Source: an uncultured Rickettsiales bacterium
Lineage (GTDB): Bacteria; Pseudomonadota; Alphaproteobacteria; Holosporales; CAZGKG01
DNA: 29,688 nt
Assembly (NCBI GenBank): GCA_964525615.1
Contig: CAZGKG010000003.1
Coordinates: 457-30,144, forward strand
Direction of reading: 5' to 3'
Part shown: in pieces, positions 8,518 to 17,096 of the stretch
How the letters are laid out: every line of letters begins with the position of its first letter
Position numbering within the stretch: position 1 is the stretch's first letter
Position numbers and translations under genes: made by a program
Notes under the pieces: generated by a model
What the model saw: only the letters and a program-made list of their open reading frames with translations
The model's database searches: none
What the model was told of the DNA's origin: nothing

Positions 8518-9512
8518 GAAACGAAAGCAGAAAAAGGATAACTGACCCAAAGGTTGGGAAAGGCTTTCCTTACCATGTGTTCATCTTTTTTCAAAAAAAG
8601 TAATTTTAGATTTGGACCTGCGTCTTGAGTCCAGTAGACGGAAAGACCTTGGGCACGCAACGCATAAATACGCTCAATTGTTGCAAGGGTTTCCTGGTTT
8701 GTATAAGAAATAGAGGGAATCGCAGATCCTATCACGTTATGAAGAGCTAAGGCGTTTTTTTCCGTTAAATCTCCCAGAGCCTTAAAATCTTCCTCTTGAA
8801 GAATTTTTAGAATACTCACCAGATCCTTTTCTGTATGATCGACCCATTGGGAATAGCCGGGAGAGGTTTTTTGGGTGATCTCCATCGCTTCTCGAGAGGA
8901 AATCTCTTTTGGGGACTCCTGTAAAACAATAATTCCTGCCACAAGATCTGGCATCAGAAAAGGTAAAGGAGTTCCATGACTATCAAAACCGTCTTCTTGG
9001 GTACCTCGATTCCAAAGAACAAATCCCTGCCATAGGGATCGGCAAGCACTTCCACTACCAAGACGCGCCAAACAGGAAAGGGTTTGTAGATCTGCGTTCC
9101 AATCACAAAGTAAATTAAGGGCTTTTACAAGCGCTGCAAACCCACTTGCAGAAGATGCCAAACCTGAAGCAATCGGAATATTACTTTCTGTTGAAACAGA
9201 TAAGGAATCTTGGAGGGAAAAAAGGGAAAGAAAACCTCTGAGTCGCTTTCCAAAAGGTGTTTCCCATGAAATTTCCCTTCCTTGAAGCTTTAGGGAAGGA
9301 GATCCTTTTAGAAGACTTAACTTTGTTTTAGTCCCCCATTCGGGGAAGGTTAAGGACAAACTTCCTGCAGTTGGAAGATTTAATTCTTGATCCCTTTTGC
9401 CCCAATACTTGACGAGGGCAATATTAACCGGAGCAAAGACTTCTACCTCTTGTTTTTGAACAGTCTTATTTTTTCCCTCTAGAATTTTTTGAACGATCTT
9501 AAAGCGTTTCAC
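8514..9512 (-). CDS. mvaD: Diphosphomevalonate decarboxylase
   Basis: NIALVKYWGKRD, GLASSASGFAAL, RLGSGSACRS (catalytic Arg), TQDAGPN (catalytic Asp); GTG start overlapping the upstream gene by 14 nt. Confidence 0.96.
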   Translation of the reverse strand: MKRFKIVQKILEGKNKTVQKQEVEVFAPVNIALVKYWGKRDQELNLPTAGSLSLTFPEWGTKTKLSLLKGSPSLKLQGREISWETPFGKRLRGFLSLFSLQDSLSVSTESNIPIASGLASSASGFAALVKALNLLCDWNADLQTLSCLARLGSGSACRSLWQGFVLWNRGTQEDGFDSHGTPLPFLMPDLVAGIIVLQESPKEISSREAMEITQKTSPGYSQWVDHTEKDLVSILKILQEEDFKALGDLTEKNALALHNVIGSAIPSISYTNQETLATIERIYALRAQGLSVYWTQDAGPNLKLLFLKKDEHMVRKAFPNLWVSYPFSAFVS

Positions 9513-10440
9513 GCATCAGGCCTTTTGCGGTGGTTTCAATAGAAAAAAGAGGGAACGTGTGGAAAAGCTTTTCCGTCTGATGATTCAGATGACCTAGACC
9601 GATCACACAATCACCAAGTCCCGATCCTGAAATTTTAGCGCCCCAAATGGTAGGTTGTGTCCTGAGTTTAAAAATGAGATCGGCTAAGGTGGGTGTGTTC
9701 ACGCCATAAGCATCCATTAATCCCTGGGCGATATCAAAAATTTTTCCTACCCGTTCTAGATTGTTTTCTAAAAGAGCAGGAAGGGCTAAATCCACCAATT
9801 CTTTTGAGGTTTGAAGAAAAGAAGACCAGATGTGAGGAAAGGCTTGAAAGCGTTGCCTTACAACTTCTACAACTTCAGGTGTTTTCCTTTTGATGCCTGA
9901 ATAAACAGCAACTAAGGGAAGGTCCGCTCTAATCTGTTGAGTAGATCCAGTTATAGGATTATGGAGCACAACTCCTCCCCAAAGGCTGGCAGCAGCATCA
10001 GCACCTGATCCCATGCCTTGAACTTTTTGGATCACTTCTTTTGCTTTCTCCCAAAGAAATTGCCGACTCACCGCATCAAAATCTTTTTCTGGGTTAAGAT
10101 AAGTCCATAAGGCCCCTAAGGTTGCAACTGTCACAGCTGCGGATGATCCAAACCCTATTTGTTCTGAAAAATCTGAAAAGATTTTTAACTGTAAAGAAGC
10201 GGGCATTTGAGTTTTATAAAGAGCAAAGGCTTCCTTGACAAAAGAAAAAGCTGGAGGTGTTTCGGATGATCTGAGATCAAAACTGCCATGAAAGTCCGAG
10301 TGAACCCAACAGCCCTCTCCCCCTAACTCAAGAGAAACAAGGATGCGCCCCTTATGGGCCACAAGAAGGGCTGGACATCCCGACAGGACCGCATGCTCTC
10401 CTAAAAGCATTAAGCTACCCGGTGCAGAAACTTTAATCAC
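9499..10440 (-). CDS. mvaK2: Phosphomevalonate kinase (GHMP family)
   Basis: SAPGSLMLLGEHAV, GFGSSAAVTVA, QGMGSGADAAAS and KISGSGLGDC, which are PMK-type signatures; GTGA overlap with the upstream kinase. Confidence 0.8.
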   Translation of the reverse strand: MIKVSAPGSLMLLGEHAVLSGCPALLVAHKGRILVSLELGGEGCWVHSDFHGSFDLRSSETPPAFSFVKEAFALYKTQMPASLQLKIFSDFSEQIGFGSSAAVTVATLGALWTYLNPEKDFDAVSRQFLWEKAKEVIQKVQGMGSGADAAASLWGGVVLHNPITGSTQQIRADLPLVAVYSGIKRKTPEVVEVVRQRFQAFPHIWSSFLQTSKELVDLALPALLENNLERVGKIFDIAQGLMDAYGVNTPTLADLIFKLRTQPTIWGAKISGSGLGDCVIGLGHLNHQTEKLFHTFPLFSIETTAKGLMRETL

Positions 10441-11303
10441 AATTCAAATCTCACAGGAAAAAGTTGAAGGGGGGGAGTCCGATCCCAAACACTTAAAATG
10501 AATCCTCCTAACCCCGATCCAGTAGGTTTCACAGCAAGAGCTCCGTTTTTGAGAAGCCTTTCCATTTCTTGACGCATCTCTTTTGTGATAAGACCCCAGG
10601 CGTCGAAGCATTCTTTGGCTAATGTGACTCCTTGGGCAAGAGCACTTAAACTATCAGAATTATTTAAGATGCCCTTTAAAATTGTTTGAGTGGCTTCCTT
10701 CATTTGATCGTCAATCGTTTCTGAAAGTTGGGGATTAGCTTTTCTCAATCGTGAGACCTCTTCAATAGCAGGCCTTGTTTTTCCCATCTCACCACAAAAG
10801 GACAAAAAAAAAGGAGAATCACTAATAAAAGATAAGGGAATTATTTTAAAGGGCTCTTTTCTATAAAGTTGAGGGCCGTTTGCTAAAACTCCTGCGATAT
10901 CTACGCCGCTTGTTGTACCATGAAAAAAGCCCTCAATCGGGAGAGCTGTTTCAAAAATTTTTTCTTCAGAAAAATGAGGGCGAAAAAGACGTACCAGCCC
11001 CACAGCTAAAGCTGCAGATCCTCCCAACCCGCATCCTAAAGGCATATTAAGGTGAATCAAAATTCCTGGAAGCGTTTCTTGAAAAAAATTCTCTAAGAAC
11101 CTTTGAAACGCATCCCCCCCCTCAAAAGGAGTCCAGGTTTTTGTTGACTCTCCAGTAATCCAGATCCCCTCCCCTTCAGAAATTTTTTCAATTTCTAATG
11201 AAAAAGATTTTAAAGGAAGCACAAGCGCCTCCCCCCCCCGTAAAACGGTGTGCTCTCCTGAAAGAATGCATTTGCCGTGGCTTCTAGCGATATTTCTAAT
11301 CAT
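10437..11303 (-). CDS. mvaK1: Mevalonate kinase (GHMP family)
   Basis: HGKCILSGEHTV, GCGLGGSAA, FHGTTSGVDIA (MK catalytic Asp context), KPTGSGLGG; lies between HMGR and PMK. Confidence 0.82.
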   Translation of the reverse strand: MIRNIARSHGKCILSGEHTVLRGGEALVLPLKSFSLEIEKISEGEGIWITGESTKTWTPFEGGDAFQRFLENFFQETLPGILIHLNMPLGCGLGGSAALAVGLVRLFRPHFSEEKIFETALPIEGFFHGTTSGVDIAGVLANGPQLYRKEPFKIIPLSFISDSPFFLSFCGEMGKTRPAIEEVSRLRKANPQLSETIDDQMKEATQTILKGILNNSDSLSALAQGVTLAKECFDAWGLITKEMRQEMERLLKNGALAVKPTGSGLGGFILSVWDRTPPLQLFPVRFEL

Positions 11304-12561
11304 CTGTGCGCTCTTTTTGAAGAAGCTTTAAAATTTCTGGACTACTGATATATCCCTTGCTTTTTAATCCTTGATGCAGTTCTTTTTTTAGATTTTTGCT
11401 TTCTAGAGGGGAAGCTCCTGCGGACAAAAGCAAATTATCAATATGAAGGGCCATGTGTCCTTGAACGATTCCTACCGTTACTAAAGCGCGCAGCGCACCT
11501 AAGTTTTGCAAAAGGCCGATACTTGCCATAACTTGAGCGAGTTCTTGGGCTTTTGAAATGCCCAAAATCTTAAAAGAAAGACGCGCACCTGGGTGAGAAT
11601 TTGTAATACCCCCCACACAGCCAACGGGAAAAGGTGCCTCTAAAAAACCATTTAATGTACCCTCTTTGAAAACCCATGTGGAAAGTCCTCGATAGGTACC
11701 ATCACGAGCAGCATAGCTATGAAGAGCTGCTTCTAAAGCCCGCCAATCATTTCCCGTTGCAACGGCTACACCGTCAATACCATTTAAAAGACCTTTGTTG
11801 TGGGTGGCGGCGCGGTAGGGATCTAGTTGAGCAAAAAGAGAAGCCTCCTCAAGAGCCTCTCCCATACAAGATGAAACTCCGGGCACAGAAACTTGGACTC
11901 GCACACGTCTTAAGTCAGACAAATTCGATAGAACTGCCATTCCTAAGGTTTCTTCCGTCTCAGCTGCGATCAGGTGTTTTAAAAATTCGCAAATTTGGTT
12001 GATGAGATTTGCACCCATTGCCTCTTGCACGTCGACATGAACATGAATCACCCCCATATGATCACCATCAGGCCGAGGAAGTTGACGAAATAGGATATCT
12101 CTAATACCCCCGCCTCGTGCCGCCATCATACAAGCCGGTCCTTTATGGGCCTGTTCTATCAGAAATTGTTTCTTGCTGGACAATAGGTCCTTTAAACGGG
12201 AGATATTTTTTATCTTGGGAATATGGATTTGCCCAATCATTTCCTGAGGCGGCAGAGATTCTGCCGTAACTTGCCCCCGTTGTTTTTCAATCCAACGAAC
12301 TGTTTTTTGAAGAGCTGCAATGACAGAAGTTTCCTCCGTTACAAGAGGCACTGTATAGGTTCGATGATTGACGACAACGTCAGACACGATTCCTAAAGGG
12401 AGGGCATAATATCCCACAGCATTTTCAATCAAAAGGTCAGACAATCCTTTGTCAGGAAGGCCTCCCCCTTTCAAGAAGGTTTCCTCTTCATCACAAAGGC
12501 CTGAAATTTCCCTTAAAAGAAGCAAACGTTCTGGCAAAGAAAGCCGACTAAAAGACCGCAC
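11296..12561 (-). CDS. mvaA: Class II hydroxymethylglutaryl-CoA reductase
   Basis: ENAVG (catalytic Glu), VTEETSVIAA, EAMGAN, ATHNKG (Lys), GNDWRA (Asp), GHMALH (His); GTG start 3 nt after the fabF stop. Confidence 0.96.
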   Translation of the reverse strand: MRSFSRLSLPERLLLLREISGLCDEEETFLKGGGLPDKGLSDLLIENAVGYYALPLGIVSDVVVNHRTYTVPLVTEETSVIAALQKTVRWIEKQRGQVTAESLPPQEMIGQIHIPKIKNISRLKDLLSSKKQFLIEQAHKGPACMMAARGGGIRDILFRQLPRPDGDHMGVIHVHVDVQEAMGANLINQICEFLKHLIAAETEETLGMAVLSNLSDLRRVRVQVSVPGVSSCMGEALEEASLFAQLDPYRAATHNKGLLNGIDGVAVATGNDWRALEAALHSYAARDGTYRGLSTWVFKEGTLNGFLEAPFPVGCVGGITNSHPGARLSFKILGISKAQELAQVMASIGLLQNLGALRALVTVGIVQGHMALHIDNLLLSAGASPLESKNLKKELHQGLKSKGYISSPEILKLLQKERTDD

Positions 12562-12564
12562 CCC

Positions 12565-13818
12565 TTACACTCGCTTGAAAATAAGCGAAGCATTTGTACC
12601 ACCAAAACCGAAAGAATTAGACAAGACAAAATCGATTTTTTTCTCCCGTGCTTTATGGGGTACAAGATCAATGACCGTCTCTTCTGGTTCATCCAAGTTC
12701 AGCGTTGGCGGTAAGCAATGATCTCGCAAAGCTAAAAGGGAAAAGATCGCTTCCACACCGCCGGCTCCCCCAAGAAGATGTCCAGTAGCTGATTTTGTAG
12801 AAGACATTGAAAGGTCCTTTGCCGCCTGACCAAAAAGTCTCTCCACAGCCCGTAATTCAATAGAGTCACCCATCGGGGTTGAGGTTCCATGGGCATTCAC
12901 ATACCCAATAGCCTCTGGAGAAATTTTCGCACGCTTTAGAGCATTGCGCATAGATCTAAAAGCGCCATCTCCATCTTCTGCAGGAGCTGTTATATGGTAG
13001 GCATCGCCTGACAAACCGTATCCTAAAAGCTCGCCATATATGGGAACCCCACGTTTTTTGGCGTGTTCATATTCTTCCAAAACTAAAATTCCTGCCCCCT
13101 CTCCCATCACAAATCCATCGCGATTTTTATCCCAAGGACGTGAAGAGGCCTCAGGAGAATCATTAAAAGAGGTAGAAAGCGCTCGAATCGCCGCAAAACC
13201 TGCAACACCAATACGACAAATAGCAGCTTCAGTCCCTCCTACGACCATGACATCAGCTTCTCCTGTTTGAATCAGGCGTGCCCCGTCTCCAATTGCATGA
13301 GATCCTGAAGCACAGGCAGTCACAACGGAAAGGCTTGGGCCCTTCAGCTGATGGCGAATAGAAATATGGCCCGTGGCTAGATTCACAAGACAAGCAGGAA
13401 TAAAAAAGGGGCTGACACGTCGGGGTCCACTGTCCTTGAGCACGACAGATGTCTGATAAATCTCAGGAAGTCCCCCAATACCTGAACCAACCAAAACGCC
13501 TGTTTTTTCTTTCTCTTCCTCTGTTTCAGGTGCCCATGCGGCATCTTTCAAAGCCTCATCTGCTGCTGCCATTGCATAAAGAATAAAACGGTCCGCCTTT
13601 CGTTGATCCTTAGGAGGCATCACATGATCGAGATTGAGCAAACCTTCTCCTTCTCCAAGAGGGATTTGTCCTCCGACACGGCATGCCAAATCTTGCGTTT
13701 CAAATCCTGACAAGTGCCGCAGTCCGGATTTTCCTTCAATTAATTGCTTCCATACAAAATTAACACCCGACCCCAGAGGGGATACAAGCCCCATTCCTGT
13801 TACCACAACGCGCCGCAT
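12565..13818 (-). CDS. fabF: 3-oxoacyl-ACP synthase II
   Basis: MRRVVVTGMG, TACASG (Cys), NAHGTST and TGHLLG (His/His), SNSFGFGGTNA; GAGGA SD. Confidence 0.98.
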   Translation of the reverse strand: MRRVVVTGMGLVSPLGSGVNFVWKQLIEGKSGLRHLSGFETQDLACRVGGQIPLGEGEGLLNLDHVMPPKDQRKADRFILYAMAAADEALKDAAWAPETEEEKEKTGVLVGSGIGGLPEIYQTSVVLKDSGPRRVSPFFIPACLVNLATGHISIRHQLKGPSLSVVTACASGSHAIGDGARLIQTGEADVMVVGGTEAAICRIGVAGFAAIRALSTSFNDSPEASSRPWDKNRDGFVMGEGAGILVLEEYEHAKKRGVPIYGELLGYGLSGDAYHITAPAEDGDGAFRSMRNALKRAKISPEAIGYVNAHGTSTPMGDSIELRAVERLFGQAAKDLSMSSTKSATGHLLGGAGGVEAIFSLLALRDHCLPPTLNLDEPEETVIDLVPHKAREKKIDFVLSNSFGFGGTNASLIFKRV

Positions 13819-13945
13819 ACGGCTATCCTCACTGGTTTACGACCTAGTTACTTTTAAGAGATCCAGAAAAAAAAATACAGTCCCTTAGTGTAAAGAGGGG
13901 CAAAAAAGGAATAAAAATTTCTAATAAATCAAAATGGATTTTTTC

Positions 13946-14269
13946 TTAGAAAGGTTTTTTTTCTGTCTCTGCGGCCATTTCCCAGAAATACTCCATCTGA
14001 TTTTGAAGGTGAGACTCGCTAATAAAAATATTTTTTTCTAAAAGATCACTGTGAACCTTTTCGAGAAGAGCGATTTCATCTCCTCCAAACAAATCAATGA
14101 GGAGTAAATTTTCCACATACTCTTCAGCATTTTCAAGATGTAAACCTAGAAGTTCAGAAACCCATAGGCCAAACAAACGATGGGTTTTGGTCCGAGATTT
14201 AAAATAGTCTGAGAAACTCGATGCAACCGCAGAACAATCCTTCTCGTAATCAGAAAATGAAGCCATCAT
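13946..14269 (-). CDS. DUF1476 family / F1Fo-ATPase inhibitor zeta-subunit homologue (divergent N-terminus)
   Basis: 107 aa; FKSRTKTHRLFGLWVSELLGL..ENAEEY...DL..GDE.ALLEKVHSDL aligns by eye to the zeta pattern FKA.ARRNRLLG.WAA.LLG....A..YA..VV..DF...GD.DV.RK...DL. Confidence 0.72.
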   Translation of the reverse strand: MMASFSDYEKDCSAVASSFSDYFKSRTKTHRLFGLWVSELLGLHLENAEEYVENLLLIDLFGGDEIALLEKVHSDLLEKNIFISESHLQNQMEYFWEMAAETEKKPF

Positions 14270-14436
14270 CCCCCACTTTCCAAAAGCATTTTTTTAAGGT
14301 TTTTATGCGATACCAAAGGGGGGTCATTTTCATCCCTCCGTTGCCTTTGCTTAATTCTATCTTCTCTTCTTTTTGATTGATATTTAATTAATTGCCCTCT
14401 ACCGTTAACGATAGAGGGTTGTTTTTAAAAGGGCTC

Positions 14437-15204
14437 ATGATTGCCATGACCTCAGATTTCGGATTTAAATTTTTATCTCCTGACGAAAAAACAAAGGCTG
14501 TTCAGGATATCTTCAAAAAGGTTTCTTCCCGTTATGATCTGATGAATGATCTGATGAGTTTGACCCTACATCGTTGTTGGAAGAAACGATTTGTCGCAAC
14601 AATTCCATCCCAAGCCTTTAGCCAAGATTCCAGTCCCTCCCTGATTCTTGATATAGCTGGAGGAACCGGAGATATTCTAAGGCTTTTGATACAAAGGGCC
14701 TCTTTTTTATCGGCTTCTTGTCACTTTATTCTTTCTGATCTTAATTTTTCAATGCTAGCGCAAGGGCGAAGATCTCTCACCCAAGAAAACTTATTTTTTT
14801 TATGTGCAAATGCTGAAAAGCTGCCCCTTTCCCAAGGCATCATCTCTCTTTATACAATTGCTTTTGGTCTGCGGAACATCACCTATAAAGAAAAGGCGCT
14901 GGCGGAAGCTTTTAGGGTTTTAAAACCTGGAGGGTTTTTTTATTGCTTGGAATTTAGCCACCCAACGTCCCCCTTACTTCAGGGGATTTATGATATCTAC
15001 TCCTTCAAATGGATTCCCCTTTTAGGAAAATACATCGCACAAGAGGAAAAGGCCTACCAATATCTTGTTGAAAGTATTCGAACATTCCCGGATGCGCCTT
15101 TGCTTCAAAATTTGATTCAGGAAGCGGGGTTTACAAACACAGGCTTTCAAAAACTTTCAGGGGGATTGGTGGCAATTCATTGGGGGGAAAAACCCCAAAA
15201 GTAA
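14437..15204 (+). CDS. ubiE: Ubiquinone/menaquinone C-methyltransferase
   Basis: FGFK...EK...VQDIF..V..RYDLMNDLMSL.LHR.WK, LDIAGGTGD, NAEKLP, IAFGLRN, RVLKPGG, CLEFS, YQYLVESIR.FP; alternative start 14446. Confidence 0.96.
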   Translation: MIAMTSDFGFKFLSPDEKTKAVQDIFKKVSSRYDLMNDLMSLTLHRCWKKRFVATIPSQAFSQDSSPSLILDIAGGTGDILRLLIQRASFLSASCHFILSDLNFSMLAQGRRSLTQENLFFLCANAEKLPLSQGIISLYTIAFGLRNITYKEKALAEAFRVLKPGGFFYCLEFSHPTSPLLQGIYDIYSFKWIPLLGKYIAQEEKAYQYLVESIRTFPDAPLLQNLIQEAGFTNTGFQKLSGGLVAIHWGEKPQK

Positions 15205-15241
15205 AATCTACCAGAGGAAAACCTGATGGAGTGTTCAGGTG

Positions 15242-15775
15242 TTATTTCCATTGGTGAAGCATCGCATTGACATGTTGGTCTTTATCTTTACTACCTCTGG
15301 AAGAGCCAAACTCAAAAGCATAAGCATCTTTCAGGCATGAGCCAAAAATACCAGCAACGGTTGAGATGATACCGACGGCTTCTCCTGGGAGATTTTCTCG
15401 ATAAAAAGTTAAAATCAGAAGGCATGCTGAAAGTCCTAAAGCGGCTGCAATGACCATAATGTCGGCTCGAATATTTTTATGCCCTGTTTGTAAAAGCGCA
15501 ACATCCCTGTTTCTTGCGCTCTGGCGTTCTAGGGATTCAGCAAGAAGAAAATCCTTCTCTAGTTCGATCAATTTTTTTTCAAACTGGGTTGAAAATTCTG
15601 GATTTTTTGAAAAGCATCGCGCGATCTGAGAAGGACTTTGTGCTCCTGTAATTTGAGAGGCTATTTCTAAAACTTTGGGAAGAATTTTTTCGTGATGTTC
15701 TTGCGTAAGCCATTTCGAAATTGAAGGAAAAAGAGGGATTAAAAAACTAGCCGCAGTGATCAGAAAAGGATTCAT
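15242..15775 (-). CDS. Putative phage-holin-like membrane protein (C-terminal FxFGSSxGS motif)
   Basis: ATG 15775 with AGGAG SD; amphipathic N-terminus, coiled-coil ending in ERQSARNRD, two hydrophobic helices, AYAFEFGSSRGSKDK. I recognise this pattern from phage lysis-cassette proteins; not database-verified. Confidence 0.6.
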   Translation of the reverse strand: MNPFLITAASFLIPLFPSISKWLTQEHHEKILPKVLEIASQITGAQSPSQIARCFSKNPEFSTQFEKKLIELEKDFLLAESLERQSARNRDVALLQTGHKNIRADIMVIAAALGLSACLLILTFYRENLPGEAVGIISTVAGIFGSCLKDAYAFEFGSSRGSKDKDQHVNAMLHQWK

Positions 15776-15955
15776 AGGAAAAACTCCTGAAGAAAAAGTC
15801 AATAGGGGAATAGAGAAAAAGAGACACCAGTGACCTAGAAAAAATATTTTTTAAAATAAAAACCCCCTTAAAAGATTTGCAAGCCTTTAAGATTTTAGTA
15901 GGATTTTTTCGTAAAAGTATTTTGGTTTTTTTGAAAAAATTTTTAGGATTTTTTT

Positions 15956-16375
15956 ATGTCCAGAAAGATAGGCTCGCTTTTTGGGATCGCACTTTTAGGC
16001 GCTTGCACCTCAACGCCCAAACCCTCCAACGTTCCCTCTATTGTCTTTTCTTCCAGTAATGATAAGAAAATTAATAGAGGGGCTCTCTTTATGGAAAGGC
16101 AAATGGCCCAAACAGAAGCTGAAAGACGTTTGATTCGTAAAATTCTTGAATCAAAAACTGATCATTCCCCTTCTGATAACTTCCCCTTACCTACCGAAGA
16201 AGAGCTACATATTGCAGGAGAGCTTCTTTCTCAACAGTACAAAAAATCAAAAAAGATCCCCAGGAAAGATCTTGTTTCTCTTTTGGTCTCTCATATGAAT
16301 TTAGGATCGCCTTCTGAAGCGTCAGCAAAAGCAGAAGTCATTTTGAATTTGATTATGGGGACGAAACACCTTTAG
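15956..16375 (+). CDS. Hypothetical lipoprotein
   Basis: MSRKIGSLFGIALLGAC is a basic n-region, hydrophobic h-region and lipobox; 139 aa; no recognisable family. Confidence 0.7.
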   Translation: MSRKIGSLFGIALLGACTSTPKPSNVPSIVFSSSNDKKINRGALFMERQMAQTEAERRLIRKILESKTDHSPSDNFPLPTEEELHIAGELLSQQYKKSKKIPRKDLVSLLVSHMNLGSPSEASAKAEVILNLIMGTKHL

Positions 16376-16461
16376 CCTTTAATCTTGTGTTGCATTGTAA
16401 AGGTCAGTATACAATCCCTTACACCCTTGTGAAAAATCCTCCTAAGAGCTTTGAGGGAATT

Positions 16462-17096
16462 ATGGAACGTCTTAAGGGCCTCTTTGTCTCTTCAGTTGTC
16501 TATCCCCTTTGTTTTTTTTCTTTTGCCGTTGGCTTTTTTCCTTTTGTAGGAGGGAATGAGACAGACCTCTTAAGAAAATTGGCGCCTCCCCTTTTTTGGC
16601 TGATGGGATTTTTGACCCTTCTTTTTTCCTTTGGTGCCATTGAGGAGGGATTTCGAGACGGTCTTTTTGACCGTTGGTGGTTGCGCCCCCTATCACCATG
16701 GCAGAGCATTCTCCGTCTTTGGGGGCAACACCTTCTTTTTTTTGGAATTCCTTTTGGCGGTGCGTGTGTTTTTTTAAGTGACCTTTACGGTCTTTTGTGG
16801 AGGAAAAAATTATCCTTTTTCCTCGGTTTTGGTTTGGGTGTTCTTTTCTCAGTTTGTTAGGGATTTTTTTAGGAATTCTGAACTTTGGCACACGAGGCGG
16901 TATTTTTTTACAAGGGCTTTTAATGTTTCCTTTAGCAGCACCTCTTTTGCTGTTAGGAATTGGTGTGGGAGAAAATGGACAGGTGGAATTATTTCCCCTA
17001 TCTTATCTAGGAGGATTTTTAGCATTAGGATTGATTGAAGGCTTGTTTGCTTTTTTCTTAGGTTCTTGGGCATTAAAACAACGACTTTTGACATGA
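16462..17096 (+). pseudogene. ccmB: Heme exporter permease CcmB, frameshifted as assembled (one base missing around 16790-16840)
   Basis: Frame 1 (ATG 16462 to TAG 16860) encodes FFPF..G.E..LLRKLAP.LFW...LL..GF.DG.FD.W.L.P....HLLFFGIP. The overlapping frame to 17096 encodes SFLSLLG...G..RGG..LQGLLMFPLAAPLL. Together about 211 aa; ATGA overlap with ccmC. Confidence 0.8.

Noticed and set aside
14381-14410. TTAA repeats upstream of ubiE as a CtrA box
   Set aside because: Spacing does not fit TTAA-N7-TTAA
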